DNA of 64,000 nucleotides from a bacterium (GTDB lineage Bacteria; RBG-13-61-14; DATKZS01): NCBI GenBank assembly GCA_963674965.2, contig CAXXFL010000001.1, positions 640,001 to 704,000 of the forward strand, read 5' to 3'. Shown piece by piece: positions 63,680 to 64,000 of this stretch (position 1 is its first letter; each line of letters starts with the position of its first letter). The notes under the pieces were generated by a model. It saw only the letters and a program-made list of their open reading frames with translations, ran no database searches and was not told where the DNA came from. The position numbers and the translations under genes were made by a program.

Positions 63680-64000
63680 CTACTCCGCTTTCTTAATCCG
63701 GGAGGAGGCGAACCTTAGGGTCCCGTGGGCCGCCACGCCCAGGAACGACCCGATGACCGCGAGTATCCCAATCCAGTCGAGCCACTGTACTCGCTGGGTA
63801 CCATGGAGGTATAGGTTGCCCGGGTCCAAGGTGGGCGTGCAATAGACCTTCCCGTCCTTGCCCGTCTCGATCTTGCCGTGAAGCAATATCCTGGCGTCGG
63901 TCACCGGCCCTGGCTCAGCGGCTCCGGGCGCGTAATCCGAGAGCTTGACGTCCTGGATGGCCCTCGAGTTTTTCCCGTGGCAGCACTGGCAGCAGTGGAG
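63680..64000 (-). CDS. C-terminal part of a membrane-anchored c-type cytochrome (5' end outside window)
   Basis: Frame open from 64000, beginning LHCCQCCHG (CxxCH); C-terminal TM helix ending AHGTLR. Confidence 0.65.
   Translation of the reverse strand, partial: LHCCQCCHGKNSRAIQDVKLSDYAPGAAEPGPVTDARILLHGKIETGKDGKVYCTPTLDPGNLYLHGTQRVQWLDWIGILAVIGSFLGVAAHGTLRFASSRIKKAE

Overview
GC-rich bacterial chromosomal window, probably deltaproteobacterial (inferred from gene content). The backbone carries: SpoIID-like/GAF-GGDEF/queA-tgt-yajC-secDF/recJ; a full Pho locus (phoB-phoR-porin-pstSCAB-phoU) with 11-bp-period boxes; a NapC/NrfH plus octaheme HAO-like pair; two linalool dehydratase/isomerase-like paralogs; sixA; an anaerobic sulfatase maturase; a ceramidase-like gene; an acyl-CoA dehydrogenase; an FG-GAP surface protein; an OPT transporter; clpB; a GbsR regulator; an ECF sigma/anti-sigma pair; and a cytochrome c/cytochrome b/YeeE/YeeE/rhodanese cluster. 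Three AT-rich islands (about 18.7-21.7, 31.1-34.1 and 44.9-51.6 kb) hold four 5'-truncated toxin-tip plus immunity-like cassettes, two still attached to an RHS core. Removing the IS elements by hand restores three hidden toxin frames: one papain/transglutaminase-like and two homologous caspase-like. In those three cassettes an IS sits in the toxin while the partner gene is intact. Two cassettes end in the same 381-bp flank. The one intact RHS tip would start, after predicted autocleavage, with a mature type IV pilin-like N-terminus (F1...E5 plus a hydrophobic helix), and one partner gene encodes a pilin-like globular domain. This is the best candidate for an undescribed system. All family calls come from manual motif recognition, not database searches.
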